Made by a program: the position numbers and the translations under genes. Shown here one piece after another: positions 41,391 through 50,846 of a stretch of 57,375 nucleotides of DNA; the stretch's first letter is position 1; every line of letters begins with the position of its first letter. The stretch comes from Burkholderiales bacterium (GTDB lineage: Bacteria > Pseudomonadota > Gammaproteobacteria > Burkholderiales > JBEEJL01). The notes under the pieces were generated by a model. The model worked only from the letters and a program-made list of their open reading frames with translations. It was not told the DNA's origin and did no database searches. The DNA lies in assembly GCA_049698095.1 (NCBI GenBank), contig JBAVXA010000210.1, forward strand, positions 1 through 57,375. The letters run 5' to 3'.

Positions 41391-43715
41391 TTAGTTTATT
41401 CTGCCAAGGCTACGTGGTGCCACCGTCAATACTTTCCCATCACTGAATTGCACCTCGATCGCTTTTTCGCCTGAGTTGAAGGCGAGGTAGGTACGAACTC
41501 CGGCAGTTTTCTGGAACACGCTGTAGAGCGGTGTGTTAGCAGAAATCGAAAAGTCAGGGGTTCCCATTTCTTTCAGACTCAAAATCCAATACAGCGTATG
41601 GGATCGGGTTTCTCCCAATTCCGTATCGCCCTTAGGTTTCCATTTCGCCAGCGCTGCGTCAGGATCAGCCATGGCTAAAAACGAGGCATATAGATCCTGC
41701 CAGACATCATCTGGCGTTCCGTCGCTTAATCCGCGTTTACTATAAGCACGCTTTTCCGGCTCGAGCGCCGCCAAGAAGCGAAGGGAATAGGCAGGGTCAC
41801 GACCCAGATATAGCGAAGCGGGCGTAATTGGTAATAGATTTATGCCCTGGATTTGTCTCGGCTCCTCGGTCCACCAAGTGTTGTATGAGTAGCGGCCGCC
41901 GAAAACTAGTGCAGCGACGACTTTGCCGTAGGCGGGCGGGAATATTTTGCCGCGCATGTCGAACCAGTAGTCGGTAATCGCCTCGGTCTCAGTCGTGTAG
42001 AGCCAAATAGCTTTATCGCGCAAGGCTGTGTCACCGGTTGCTTCTGCCCATAGAATGATGCCCGCCCAAGCGTTGGCAGCCTCGGATGACGACTCTTGAT
42101 TGTTGCCGTCAACAAAAGCAGCGTCGCCGGACGCCCACGAATGTCCTTCGTATGGATCGAAGTTACGCAAAAAAGGGAAATCCGCGCGGCCTCGTTCGCT
42201 CGTGGCGATGTCTGCTACTAACAGATTTACCATGCCGCCCCAGTTTTCCTTGCGTGCCCAGGCGGGGTCGCGCAAGGCGATTTGGGCGGCGACATTCACC
42301 CAGTAACCATAATGAAAATGATGGTCGTTAATATGCGTGATGCTGCCAAATTCATCATACGAGCCCACTACAGTTCCGATGCGCGCATAATCTTCGATAA
42401 AATAACTGTTACCTTCGCCTTTAAACCAGGACTCGAGACGCGATTTCAAGGTGGTAAGTAATGTTTTGGCTAATGCGGCGTCGCCATTTTGCTCGGCAAC
42501 ACACATCAGTTGCGCCAGCGCGGAAAACGCCTTGCCATGCCAATAGGTGCCGCCGCCTTGTTGTTTGCTGAAAATATTGCGCGACCGCGCTGCGTCGCCC
42601 ACCAGTACGCTTGCGAGTCGCTCTTTGCCTGTCGCATCTTGCAGGCCACCCCAATAGGGCAATATCCCGTTGTAGCGATAAGTCGTACTGAATTCGTTGC
42701 TGGAAATCGTTTGAATGGAACCGCGCACCGAAGCATAACGATAGCTGCGGCCAAGATCTGCTTTCGTAGCGCGCGACTGGTGTGGATATAGGCCGAGGAT
42801 GGGTATGGACTGAGACTCGGCACGCGATTCAACGGTCGCAGTGAAGCGTGTGTGAACTAGGCTGCTGGCTTGGTCATAGCGCCAGTCAACCGCGGTATTG
42901 GTAATGAATGCAAAGGCATGGCGCTTGAATTCAACCAAGGTTTCGGGTTGGTTATCGGGCAAAACCGCCACAGAAAAAAAGCGTCCGGACGAACCAAATT
43001 GTAAAACGGGTACGTCGCGATCTCTATCGACCCAACGCGCATCGTTAGGCGCGAATATGGCAAACTCACGTTGCAATGCGCGTACACATAAAACCTGCGG
43101 ATCAATGGTAGTGGAGCACGCCACCGCGCCTTTGGCTAGTTTTACCCGCAGGTCACCAGCGCTAAGGGTGTAATAACTAAACGGGCTACCGTGCACGACG
43201 GTGGCAAGCAAGGCGTTTTCGCTCGCATCGCCCATCGAGATTGTGGCAGAAAAATCACCGCGTCCAGCGAGCTTGGCATCCAGCGGAGTGAAGCTGCTGG
43301 GTGCAAGAGTGAGTGCTGCGCGATGTGGAAAGGAAATATCAATTCTGCTACCACCGCCTTCCGGTACAGGAGTTTCAACCGGATAGCCGACCTCGAAACC
43401 ATCAGCGCTCGCGCGGTATGTTGCCGGGTGCGCGTGTATCGGCTCAGACCACCGGGTGAACATTACGGATGAGTACCACTGATTAGTGGGCGCAGCCTGT
43501 TTCAGCATCGCCGGAGTGCGGTAATTTGCCGTGGGCGTTTGCGGCACGCTCGCTGAAAACAGCGAAGTTTTCGGCGCTATGCGAACTGAGCCCAGCCCGA
43601 TCGAGCGGACCTTGTCGTCAGCCTGGACGAATGAGCGCGGCACAAGGCAGCCTGCAAGAATCAGCCAGAGTGCGGCCTTAGAAATTTTGATCGAGTTAAA
43701 TGACATCGGCATCAT
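41391..43715 (-). CDS. Glycoside hydrolase family 81 endo-beta-1,3-glucanase, exported
   Basis: 774 aa with a signal peptide. GH81 hallmarks NDHHFHYGYW, HSWASG and NQESSSEAANAW. Confidence 0.85.
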   Translation of the reverse strand: MMPMSFNSIKISKAALWLILAGCLVPRSFVQADDKVRSIGLGSVRIAPKTSLFSASVPQTPTANYRTPAMLKQAAPTNQWYSSVMFTRWSEPIHAHPATYRASADGFEVGYPVETPVPEGGGSRIDISFPHRAALTLAPSSFTPLDAKLAGRGDFSATISMGDASENALLATVVHGSPFSYYTLSAGDLRVKLAKGAVACSTTIDPQVLCVRALQREFAIFAPNDARWVDRDRDVPVLQFGSSGRFFSVAVLPDNQPETLVEFKRHAFAFITNTAVDWRYDQASSLVHTRFTATVESRAESQSIPILGLYPHQSRATKADLGRSYRYASVRGSIQTISSNEFSTTYRYNGILPYWGGLQDATGKERLASVLVGDAARSRNIFSKQQGGGTYWHGKAFSALAQLMCVAEQNGDAALAKTLLTTLKSRLESWFKGEGNSYFIEDYARIGTVVGSYDEFGSITHINDHHFHYGYWVNVAAQIALRDPAWARKENWGGMVNLLVADIATSERGRADFPFLRNFDPYEGHSWASGDAAFVDGNNQESSSEAANAWAGIILWAEATGDTALRDKAIWLYTTETEAITDYWFDMRGKIFPPAYGKVVAALVFGGRYSYNTWWTEEPRQIQGINLLPITPASLYLGRDPAYSLRFLAALEPEKRAYSKRGLSDGTPDDVWQDLYASFLAMADPDAALAKWKPKGDTELGETRSHTLYWILSLKEMGTPDFSISANTPLYSVFQKTAGVRTYLAFNSGEKAIEVQFSDGKVLTVAPRSLGRIN

Positions 43716-43727
43716 TCTTTGAATTCC

Positions 43728-44810
43728 TTATACAGTAGTGTCAATCAAGATGTTATTTCCTGCCGCATCGAAATACAGAATATTTTTCAGGTTCGGAACG
43801 ACGAATACAGGCTGCCCATTCTGAAGTCGATCCGTGTTGCTGCCGACTTTTGCGGTGACAAGCGTGTCCACGCCTGGCAATTGGACGTGCGCTATCACGT
43901 GGTCACCCAGATGCTCGCTCACTACGATAGTGCCACGCATACCTTCAGAGCCATGGAGGTTGAAATCTTCAGGACGAATGCCGATCTGCGCAGCGTTTCG
44001 AATCTTCGGTGAACTGCCGGCTGGTAGCGCCAGTTTATGGTCGCCCTCCAGCAGCAACGTGTTGTCATTCTGGTATGCGCAATCGAGAAGATTTATCGCG
44101 GGCGAGCCAAGAAATGCGGCGACAAATATATTGCGCGGCTGCCGGTAGAGCGTTAACGGATCTCCTACCTGCTCGAGCAAACCTTTGCGCAGCAGAGCGA
44201 CGCGGTCGCCCATGGTCATTGCTTCGATCTGGTCATGCGTTACGTAAATCATTGTGGTGTTGAGTTCTTGATGCAGGCGTAACAGCTCGATTCTCATTTG
44301 TCCTCGCAACGACGCATCCAGATTCGATAGAGGCTCATCAAACAAGAAAAATTTTGGCTTGCGTACGATAGCGCGACCAATCGCCACGCGTTGTCGCTCG
44401 CCGCCGGAAAGTGCTTTGGGCAGGGCATTCAGCAAGTGAGAAATATTCAGGATCTCGGCCGCGCGGTCGACGGCCAGTTTGATATCGTTTTTAGATTTTC
44501 CCGACACTTCTAGCGCGAATCCCAGATTGCGTGCGACCGTCATGTGAGGATAAAGAGCGTAATTTTGGAATACCATCGCGCCTCCGCGCTGGGCCGGGTG
44601 CACATCATTTGCTCTAACGCCGTCAATCAGCAAGTCGCCCGCAGTGATGCCTTCAAGGCCTGCGATCATTCGCAAAAGTGTCGATTTACCGCAGCCAGAC
44701 GGGCCAACCAACACCACGAATTCGCCTGACTCAATCGACAGATCGATGCCCTTGATAATTTCATGATCATCGTAGGACTTGCGAATGCCATGTAGTTCAA
44801 TAGTTGCCAC
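43728..44810 (-). CDS. Sugar ABC transporter ATP-binding protein (MalK/UgpC type)
   Basis: Walker A GPSGCGKST, signature LSGGERQRV, Walker B FLFDEP, and a C-terminal regulatory (TOBE-like) domain. Confidence 0.92.
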   Translation of the reverse strand: MATIELHGIRKSYDDHEIIKGIDLSIESGEFVVLVGPSGCGKSTLLRMIAGLEGITAGDLLIDGVRANDVHPAQRGGAMVFQNYALYPHMTVARNLGFALEVSGKSKNDIKLAVDRAAEILNISHLLNALPKALSGGERQRVAIGRAIVRKPKFFLFDEPLSNLDASLRGQMRIELLRLHQELNTTMIYVTHDQIEAMTMGDRVALLRKGLLEQVGDPLTLYRQPRNIFVAAFLGSPAINLLDCAYQNDNTLLLEGDHKLALPAGSSPKIRNAAQIGIRPEDFNLHGSEGMRGTIVVSEHLGDHVIAHVQLPGVDTLVTAKVGSNTDRLQNGQPVFVVPNLKNILYFDAAGNNILIDTTV

Positions 44811-44828
44811 AAGTCATTCCCCAAAAAA

Positions 44829-46184
44829 TTATTTTTCTTGGTTGCCGTTTAGAAACCGGTTATACCATTTCGCACTGTTTTTCAGATAGCGCTTTTGTGT
44901 CGCATAATCAACGTAAACAATGCCAAAGCGCTTTTCATAGCCTGAAGCCCATTCGAAGTTGTCGAGCAGGCTCCAGACAAAATAGCCGCTCACATCGACC
45001 CCTCGTTCAAGGGCATTTTGCACTGCTGAAATATGTTGTTTAAGGTAGGCGATACGCGGTAGATCATTGACCTCACCGTTAACGAGCTGGTCAGCAAAGG
45101 CGGCGCCATTTTCGGTAATCAATAGCGTAGGTAACGGATAATCGCGCTTAAGTCTCAGCAAGAGGTCAGTCAGTCCTTCCGGACAAATTTCCCATCCCAT
45201 GTCGGTCACGGGTAATTTATTTTCCAGATGATCGAAGCGTGATTGCGCACTCACCACCTGGCGGGTGTAATAATTAATGCCGATAAAATCTAATGGCGCT
45301 CGAATGATATCAAGGTCGCCCGACGCAATATCGGGCGCATCTTTGCCGAGGTGTTCCAATACGTCAGCCGGGTAATTGCCTTTAAGCAGTGGATCCATGT
45401 ACCAGCGAATCAGCAGGCCATCTTCCAGCTTGGCCTTGGCAAGGTCCTCAGGCGCAAGCGTTGCAGGATAGAAAGGCGATTGGTTCAACACGATCCCGAG
45501 CTGCGCATTGGTCCCGGTTGTGCGCATGCTCTGCAGCGCCATGCCATGACTCAGCAACAGATGGTGAGCAGTCTCCATGGCAATCTTACGATCACGTATT
45601 CCAGGCGCAAATATTCCGGTCTCGTGGCCTAAAATTGACACCACCCATGGCTCGTTATGGGTGGCAATAGAAACCAGTCTGTCACCAAAGCGTCGAGCCA
45701 CTTCGGCTGCGTATTCGCTAAAGCGTTTGCACGTCTCGCGGTTGTTCCACCCGCCGTTATCTTGAAGTGCTTGCGGAAGATCCCAGTGGTAAAGCGTGGC
45801 ATAAGGCGAAATGCCTCGCGCTAACATGCCATCAATCAAACGATCATAAAAATCAAAACCTTTTTCGTTCCAATCTCCCTTGCCCAAGGCCTGCACGCGC
45901 GACCATGAGAATGAAAAGCGATACGCATCGACTCCAATAGCTTTGATTAAATCCAGATCTTGCTCGTATAGATGATAATGATCACAAGCGACCTTGCCAT
46001 TGCTCTTATCTGCAATAGTGCCCGGTCTGTCGCAGAACGTATCCCATATTGACGCGCCGCGACCATCCACAGCTGCCGCACCTTCAATTTGAAATGCAGC
46101 AGTGGCGACGCCCCAGGTAAATGTATCGGGGAATGAATTTCTCAATGGGGTGGCCAGATTGGATGCTGCACGTTTCATGTTCAT
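44829..46184 (-). CDS. GH1 beta-glucosidase
   Basis: Catalytic motifs THNEPW and ITENGAA. No signal peptide, so cytoplasmic. Confidence 0.92.
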   Translation of the reverse strand: MNMKRAASNLATPLRNSFPDTFTWGVATAAFQIEGAAAVDGRGASIWDTFCDRPGTIADKSNGKVACDHYHLYEQDLDLIKAIGVDAYRFSFSWSRVQALGKGDWNEKGFDFYDRLIDGMLARGISPYATLYHWDLPQALQDNGGWNNRETCKRFSEYAAEVARRFGDRLVSIATHNEPWVVSILGHETGIFAPGIRDRKIAMETAHHLLLSHGMALQSMRTTGTNAQLGIVLNQSPFYPATLAPEDLAKAKLEDGLLIRWYMDPLLKGNYPADVLEHLGKDAPDIASGDLDIIRAPLDFIGINYYTRQVVSAQSRFDHLENKLPVTDMGWEICPEGLTDLLLRLKRDYPLPTLLITENGAAFADQLVNGEVNDLPRIAYLKQHISAVQNALERGVDVSGYFVWSLLDNFEWASGYEKRFGIVYVDYATQKRYLKNSAKWYNRFLNGNQEK

Positions 46185-46218
46185 TCAGTGGTTTACCAAG
46201 AAATTATTCCAAGAGTGT

Positions 46219-47031
46219 TCAGCCGCGAACAGCTCCTGCAGTGAGGCCATCGATCATGCGACGGGAGGAAAACACAAATAAAATCAGCAACGGAAGGACG
46301 GCGATGGCAGACCCAGCCATGATCGCGCCCCATTCGGCATTCATCGGGTTTTGCATGCTGCGAAGTGCAAGCGGTAAAGTGTAATGGTCGACGCTACGCA
46401 TCACCACCAGCGGGCCGATGAAGTTATTCCAGGAGGCGATAAACGATATCAATCCCAATGTGCCAAGCGCAGGGCCAAGCAACGGCAGGACCACTTTCAA
46501 AAAGATACTAAACTCGCTGCAGCCATCCATGCGCGCTGCCTCGACTAAAGTTTTTGGGATCGAAGAGGCGATGAACTGTCGCATCAGGAAAATACCGAAT
46601 GCGCTGGCAGCGCCGGGTATGTAAAGCGCGCGCGGCTGGTCAATCCATCCGAGCAAATCCATAATCATGAAGGTGGGAATCATGCCGAGGAACGGCGGAA
46701 TCAGCATCGTGCCCATTACCAAGGCAAACAGGGCTGTCTTGCCGCGGAATTCGTACATCGCAAAAGCGTAGCCGCCCATGGAAGAAAACAGCAGCGTAAG
46801 TGCAGTGCTTATCGATGCGACATAGATACTCCAGCCAAGGTTTTTCCAAAATGGAATATTTTTGGTCAGAATCGATAAGTTAGCGAAAAAATCGCCGCCG
46901 AACAACAAGGGTGGAGGCAAGCGGAAAATTTCGCTTTTGGTGTGCGTCGCGAAGACGAACATAAAGTAGAACGGAAGCAACATAATCAACGCACCGATTC
47001 CGACCGTCAGGTAAGCCCCGAAGCGCGACAT
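46219..47031 (-). CDS. Carbohydrate ABC transporter permease
   Basis: Six TM segments and EAA loop EAARMDGCSEFSIFLKVVLP. The start is trimmed to ATG 47031, 17 nt after the upstream stop. Confidence 0.88.
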   Translation of the reverse strand: MSRFGAYLTVGIGALIMLLPFYFMFVFATHTKSEIFRLPPPLLFGGDFFANLSILTKNIPFWKNLGWSIYVASISTALTLLFSSMGGYAFAMYEFRGKTALFALVMGTMLIPPFLGMIPTFMIMDLLGWIDQPRALYIPGAASAFGIFLMRQFIASSIPKTLVEAARMDGCSEFSIFLKVVLPLLGPALGTLGLISFIASWNNFIGPLVVMRSVDHYTLPLALRSMQNPMNAEWGAIMAGSAIAVLPLLILFVFSSRRMIDGLTAGAVRG

Positions 47032-47048
47032 GGGTAAGTTTTGCACCT

Positions 47049-47987
47049 TCACGCTTCTCGCTCCAAACGTGGTGACGACTGAGGTTGCCGGAAGGCAAAG
47101 CGCGTGATCAGTGTCAAAACGACAATAACCGCGAACAGCATCCAAGAAATCGCGCTGGCAATGCCGAAGTCATTAAATTCGAACGCCGTCTTGAACATAT
47201 ACATCGCGGTGGTCATGCCGGCTTTGTCCGATCCGCCTTTGCCATTGGTGAGAATGAACGGCTCTTCGAACAACTGCAGCCCGCCGATGACGCTCAATGT
47301 CACACCGAATAGCATCATGGGCTTGAGTTGCGGAAGGGTGATTTTCCAGAACTGCTGTCGTGTGCTGGCGCCGTCCATCGTGGCCGCTTCATACAATTCT
47401 TTCGGAATGGATTGCAGCGCGGCCAGATAGAGGACCGTGTTAAAGCCGACGTAGCGCCAGAACACGACTAGCGCCACCGCCGGTTTGATATTCTCCGCAC
47501 GGTTTAGCCAGTCGATATTGTGGCCGGGCAGCAGTTGGCCGATTATCGGTACCTCAGCAAACTTGCGCAGCAGCAGGTTGATGGCGCCGTAGTCAGTGGA
47601 AAGCAGGGCGGAAAACATGATGGCAATGGCCACCGTAGAGGTGATGTAAGGCAAAAAATACATGCCAACCAGCGTATTACGCAATTGCTTGACATGTTGC
47701 TGCAGAAAGCACGCCAGTGGAATCGCCACCAGGTGCTGGGGTATACCGGCAACCAGGGCTAACCATAAGGTGTTGTAGATCGATTTCCAGAACCAATCAT
47801 CGCCCAAGGTAAAGTGAAAATTTCCTAGTCCGACGTAATACATGGCATCCATGCCTTGTATCGGATCCCAACTTTGAAACGCCAAATAAAATGAAAACAC
47901 AAGCGGAAAAATACCGAACACTGCGAACAGCAGCAAGAATGGGCTGAGAAAAAGATACGGCACGAGGGCGGTAGTACGCAGCTTCAT
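47049..47987 (-). CDS. Carbohydrate ABC transporter permease
   Basis: EAA loop EAATMDGASTRQQFWKITLP. 4-nt overlap with the binding-protein gene. Confidence 0.9.
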   Translation of the reverse strand: MKLRTTALVPYLFLSPFLLLFAVFGIFPLVFSFYLAFQSWDPIQGMDAMYYVGLGNFHFTLGDDWFWKSIYNTLWLALVAGIPQHLVAIPLACFLQQHVKQLRNTLVGMYFLPYITSTVAIAIMFSALLSTDYGAINLLLRKFAEVPIIGQLLPGHNIDWLNRAENIKPAVALVVFWRYVGFNTVLYLAALQSIPKELYEAATMDGASTRQQFWKITLPQLKPMMLFGVTLSVIGGLQLFEEPFILTNGKGGSDKAGMTTAMYMFKTAFEFNDFGIASAISWMLFAVIVVLTLITRFAFRQPQSSPRLEREA

Positions 47988-49213
47988 GGTTTGCGCAGTC
48001 GATATTCCAGGAAGCGACTCGCCTCGGCCAGAGCATCTGGAATCGGCATGTCATTATTCAGCACTTTGTCCAATGCAGTGTCGACGATCTCGGCGGCAAT
48101 GGAATCCAATTTGTTGACCGGGATTGGGCGGATTCTTGCTGCTTCATCGCGCCATAATTTGCGCGCCAGCTGGCCACCAAGAAAAGCAACCGGCTGATCA
48201 AAAAACGCATCATTCTGTGCTTCAAGCAACGCAGGGAACGCATCCTGTGCCCGAAACGCGGCCAGTTGGCGTTCACGCTTAAGCGTCAACATCTGGAGGA
48301 ATTCAAACGCCAACTTACGCTGCGCCGCTTTGGTGGGTATGGCGTAAAACGTGCCACCCCACGCAATCCTGGCATGCTCGGGCAGCTCGGATGCGCGCCA
48401 GAGGCCTGCAGTTTCCGGTGCCAGCCAGTTTGCCAGATGTCCTCCTAGCCAAGCGCCCATCATTTGCGTTGCCACCCCGCCACTGCGTAGCGACTCGGAC
48501 CATTCTGATGTCCAGGCCTTCACGTTTCCATCAAGTCGCTCGCGGCGAATCTGACGTGCAAGCTCAAAGGCGCGCTGGAAGCGCGGGCTGTTAACCAGAA
48601 CACGATCTTGAGTATCAAAATAAATTCCCTCACCTGATTTCAGATCTGAGCGAATCATGACATCTTTAATATTTCGTGCGTCTGCTACCAAGTAGGCGCC
48701 GGTGGCAGTTTTAATTTTGTGCCCATTAGCCACGTAGCTCTCCCAGCTTGCAGTCAGTTGTTGGATGTTTACGCCACTACGTTGCAGCAAGTCATTGCGA
48801 TAAAACAATGTGCCGGGGCCAATATCGCCTGGCAGCGCAGTTAAGGCACCGGTTTTGGCCGTAGCTTGTGGGAAGGTATAGGCGACGAAGCGGTCTTGAT
48901 ATTGTCTGGCGTTGAAAGGTGGTTGAGCGAGATCCGTGAGCCCGCCACTATTGGCAAAGCGGCCCAGATAATCCACTTCCACCACCATGATGTCGGGAAG
49001 ATTAGACCGCGTGGCCAGCGCGGTGGTCATTGCAGTATGGTGATCCGAGAATTCTCTGCTCACGACGATAACATCGACATCAGGATGCACGAGCTTCCAT
49101 GCTGGAATAGCTGCGCGGACTATTTCGTCAACGGCAGGGTAGGCGGCAACGGTAAGCGTGGCGCTGTTCGCAGCGCCTGCAACAATCAGGCAGGCGAGCA
49201 GATAAGACTTCAC
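47984..49213 (-). CDS. ABC transporter extracellular solute-binding protein (family 1)
   Basis: The start is set at GTG 49213, preceded by GAGGTG, giving signal peptide (M)KSYLLACLIVAGAANSA. The track ORF begins at 49279. Confidence 0.85.
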   Translation of the reverse strand: MKSYLLACLIVAGAANSATLTVAAYPAVDEIVRAAIPAWKLVHPDVDVIVVSREFSDHHTAMTTALATRSNLPDIMVVEVDYLGRFANSGGLTDLAQPPFNARQYQDRFVAYTFPQATAKTGALTALPGDIGPGTLFYRNDLLQRSGVNIQQLTASWESYVANGHKIKTATGAYLVADARNIKDVMIRSDLKSGEGIYFDTQDRVLVNSPRFQRAFELARQIRRERLDGNVKAWTSEWSESLRSGGVATQMMGAWLGGHLANWLAPETAGLWRASELPEHARIAWGGTFYAIPTKAAQRKLAFEFLQMLTLKRERQLAAFRAQDAFPALLEAQNDAFFDQPVAFLGGQLARKLWRDEAARIRPIPVNKLDSIAAEIVDTALDKVLNNDMPIPDALAEASRFLEYRLRKP

Positions 49214-49317
49214 AGCGACCCACCTCGTATAGTGGAGCAGTGAAAAATCAGCGTGAATGCGACAGACTGCGCCGCTCATTTTATCCCCCTCCCTAAGTTG
49301 GTCGCGTCTAGCCGGTT

Positions 49318-49333
49318 ATGAAAGCGCTTTCAT
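49318..49333. promoter_or_regulatory. LacI-type operator ATGAAAGCGCTTTCAT (copy 2)
   Basis: Perfect 16-bp palindrome about 105 nt upstream of the ABC operon start and just downstream of the LacI gene. Identical to the site at 40162..40177. Confidence 0.7.
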
Positions 49334-49410
49334 TTTTGCATTAGAATAGCTATGTGACGGCCTGCTGTCAAACTTTCTTTCATCCGGGCTTTATTGCAGG
49401 GTACTTACGA

Positions 49411-50451
49411 TCAACCAATTGACCGGGTCGAGTTTCTAACGATCAGTTCGGGAGCCAGTGCGACAGGGTGCGGAATCTTCCTATCAATTAACTGGATGAT
49501 GGATTTAGCCGCAATTTTTCCTGTTTCGTAGATTGAGTGCCTAACCGTCGTCAACGGAGGGAGTGAAAAAGTCGAGGTGATCAGGTCATCAAAACCGACG
49601 AGAGAAATGTCGGCAGGCACGTTTATGCCGCGGCGGTACAAGGCAAGCGATGCACCGTAAGCCATCTGGTCGTTTGCCGCAAAGATTGCGGTGAAAGGAA
49701 CTTTTGCTTCAAGTAGTTTCTGTGTGGCCTTCTCGCCGCCGCTTTCGAGGAAATCACCCCTTTCGGTCAACTTAGGGTCGTAAGGGATATCATTTTCGTC
49801 CAAAGCTGCGCGATAACCCCTGAGGCGCTCAATAGCATCAGGATGGCTTGGCGTTCCCTTCAAAAAAGCGATGCGCCTGTGCCCTAACCCGATCAGATGT
49901 TCCGTGGCCATTCTCGCGCCTTGGTAGTCATCAAAATTGAGGCTGATGAGTCGGTCTGAACTGAGATTTCTGCTGGTGATTACCATGGGCGTCTGCCTTG
50001 CTTTTTCGATCAAAACGCTATCGGGCAAGCAGGCGGTTAGAATAATAATGCCGTCAACCCGGCGACTTTCCAGAAAACTGATACAACGCATCTCGTCTTC
50101 GGCGCGCCAATGACTGCTCACAAACAGCGGCGCATAGTTTGCTGCCAGCAATATTTTTTCTATACCGAGCAATCCTTGACCATAAAATGGACTGCCAAGT
50201 ACCTGTGTGATGACGCCAACGCTGCGGCTTTTCCCTCCTGCCAGGCCACTGGCAACTGGGTCTGAAACAAAATTCAATTTTTTTATCGCGGCTTTGATTG
50301 TGGCATGTTTGATGGCGCTGACTTTAGCGGTGCCGTTAAGGTATCGTGATACGGTACTCGGCGATACGCCAGCTTCAATGGCTACCATTCCTAGTGTTGA
50401 CACAGTGCGTATTGCAGGCGCTCCGGATTTTTTCTTATTACGCAATGACAT
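49411..50451 (-). CDS. LacI-family transcriptional regulator (glucan locus)
   Basis: HTH MVAIEAGVSPSTVSRYLNG plus a sugar-binding domain. Confidence 0.9.
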   Translation of the reverse strand: MSLRNKKKSGAPAIRTVSTLGMVAIEAGVSPSTVSRYLNGTAKVSAIKHATIKAAIKKLNFVSDPVASGLAGGKSRSVGVITQVLGSPFYGQGLLGIEKILLAANYAPLFVSSHWRAEDEMRCISFLESRRVDGIIILTACLPDSVLIEKARQTPMVITSRNLSSDRLISLNFDDYQGARMATEHLIGLGHRRIAFLKGTPSHPDAIERLRGYRAALDENDIPYDPKLTERGDFLESGGEKATQKLLEAKVPFTAIFAANDQMAYGASLALYRRGINVPADISLVGFDDLITSTFSLPPLTTVRHSIYETGKIAAKSIIQLIDRKIPHPVALAPELIVRNSTRSIG

Positions 50452-50846
50452 ATATAGTCGGATAAATGAGTGACACTCGAATTTTCTAAAAAAGCCATTT
50501 TCGTGCCGAGAAAAACTTCGAAATCTGGTCCGTTTTCCTCATTAAAAAATAACCAGAGCAAGAATAGCGCATCGAAGGATATTAAGAAAGAGTATTTAGA
50601 ATAGCGGGTGTTTCCGCTGAAATTCGGTAATCTAAGGGATGCGATACGAATATTGCGTCGAGAATCGGCGTTAAACAGGCGCAAAAAATAGTATGTCAAA
50701 TCTGAATATTCAGTTTGAGACAAGGGGCTGCGTTTGATCGTTAACTATTATTGGCTGTTGCAATATGCCCGCCAAGCATGCGAATAAGTTAGCGTCGGCC
50801 TTTCAGGAATAAATAATGCTCGTGCGCACGGATAACGCTACGTTTT

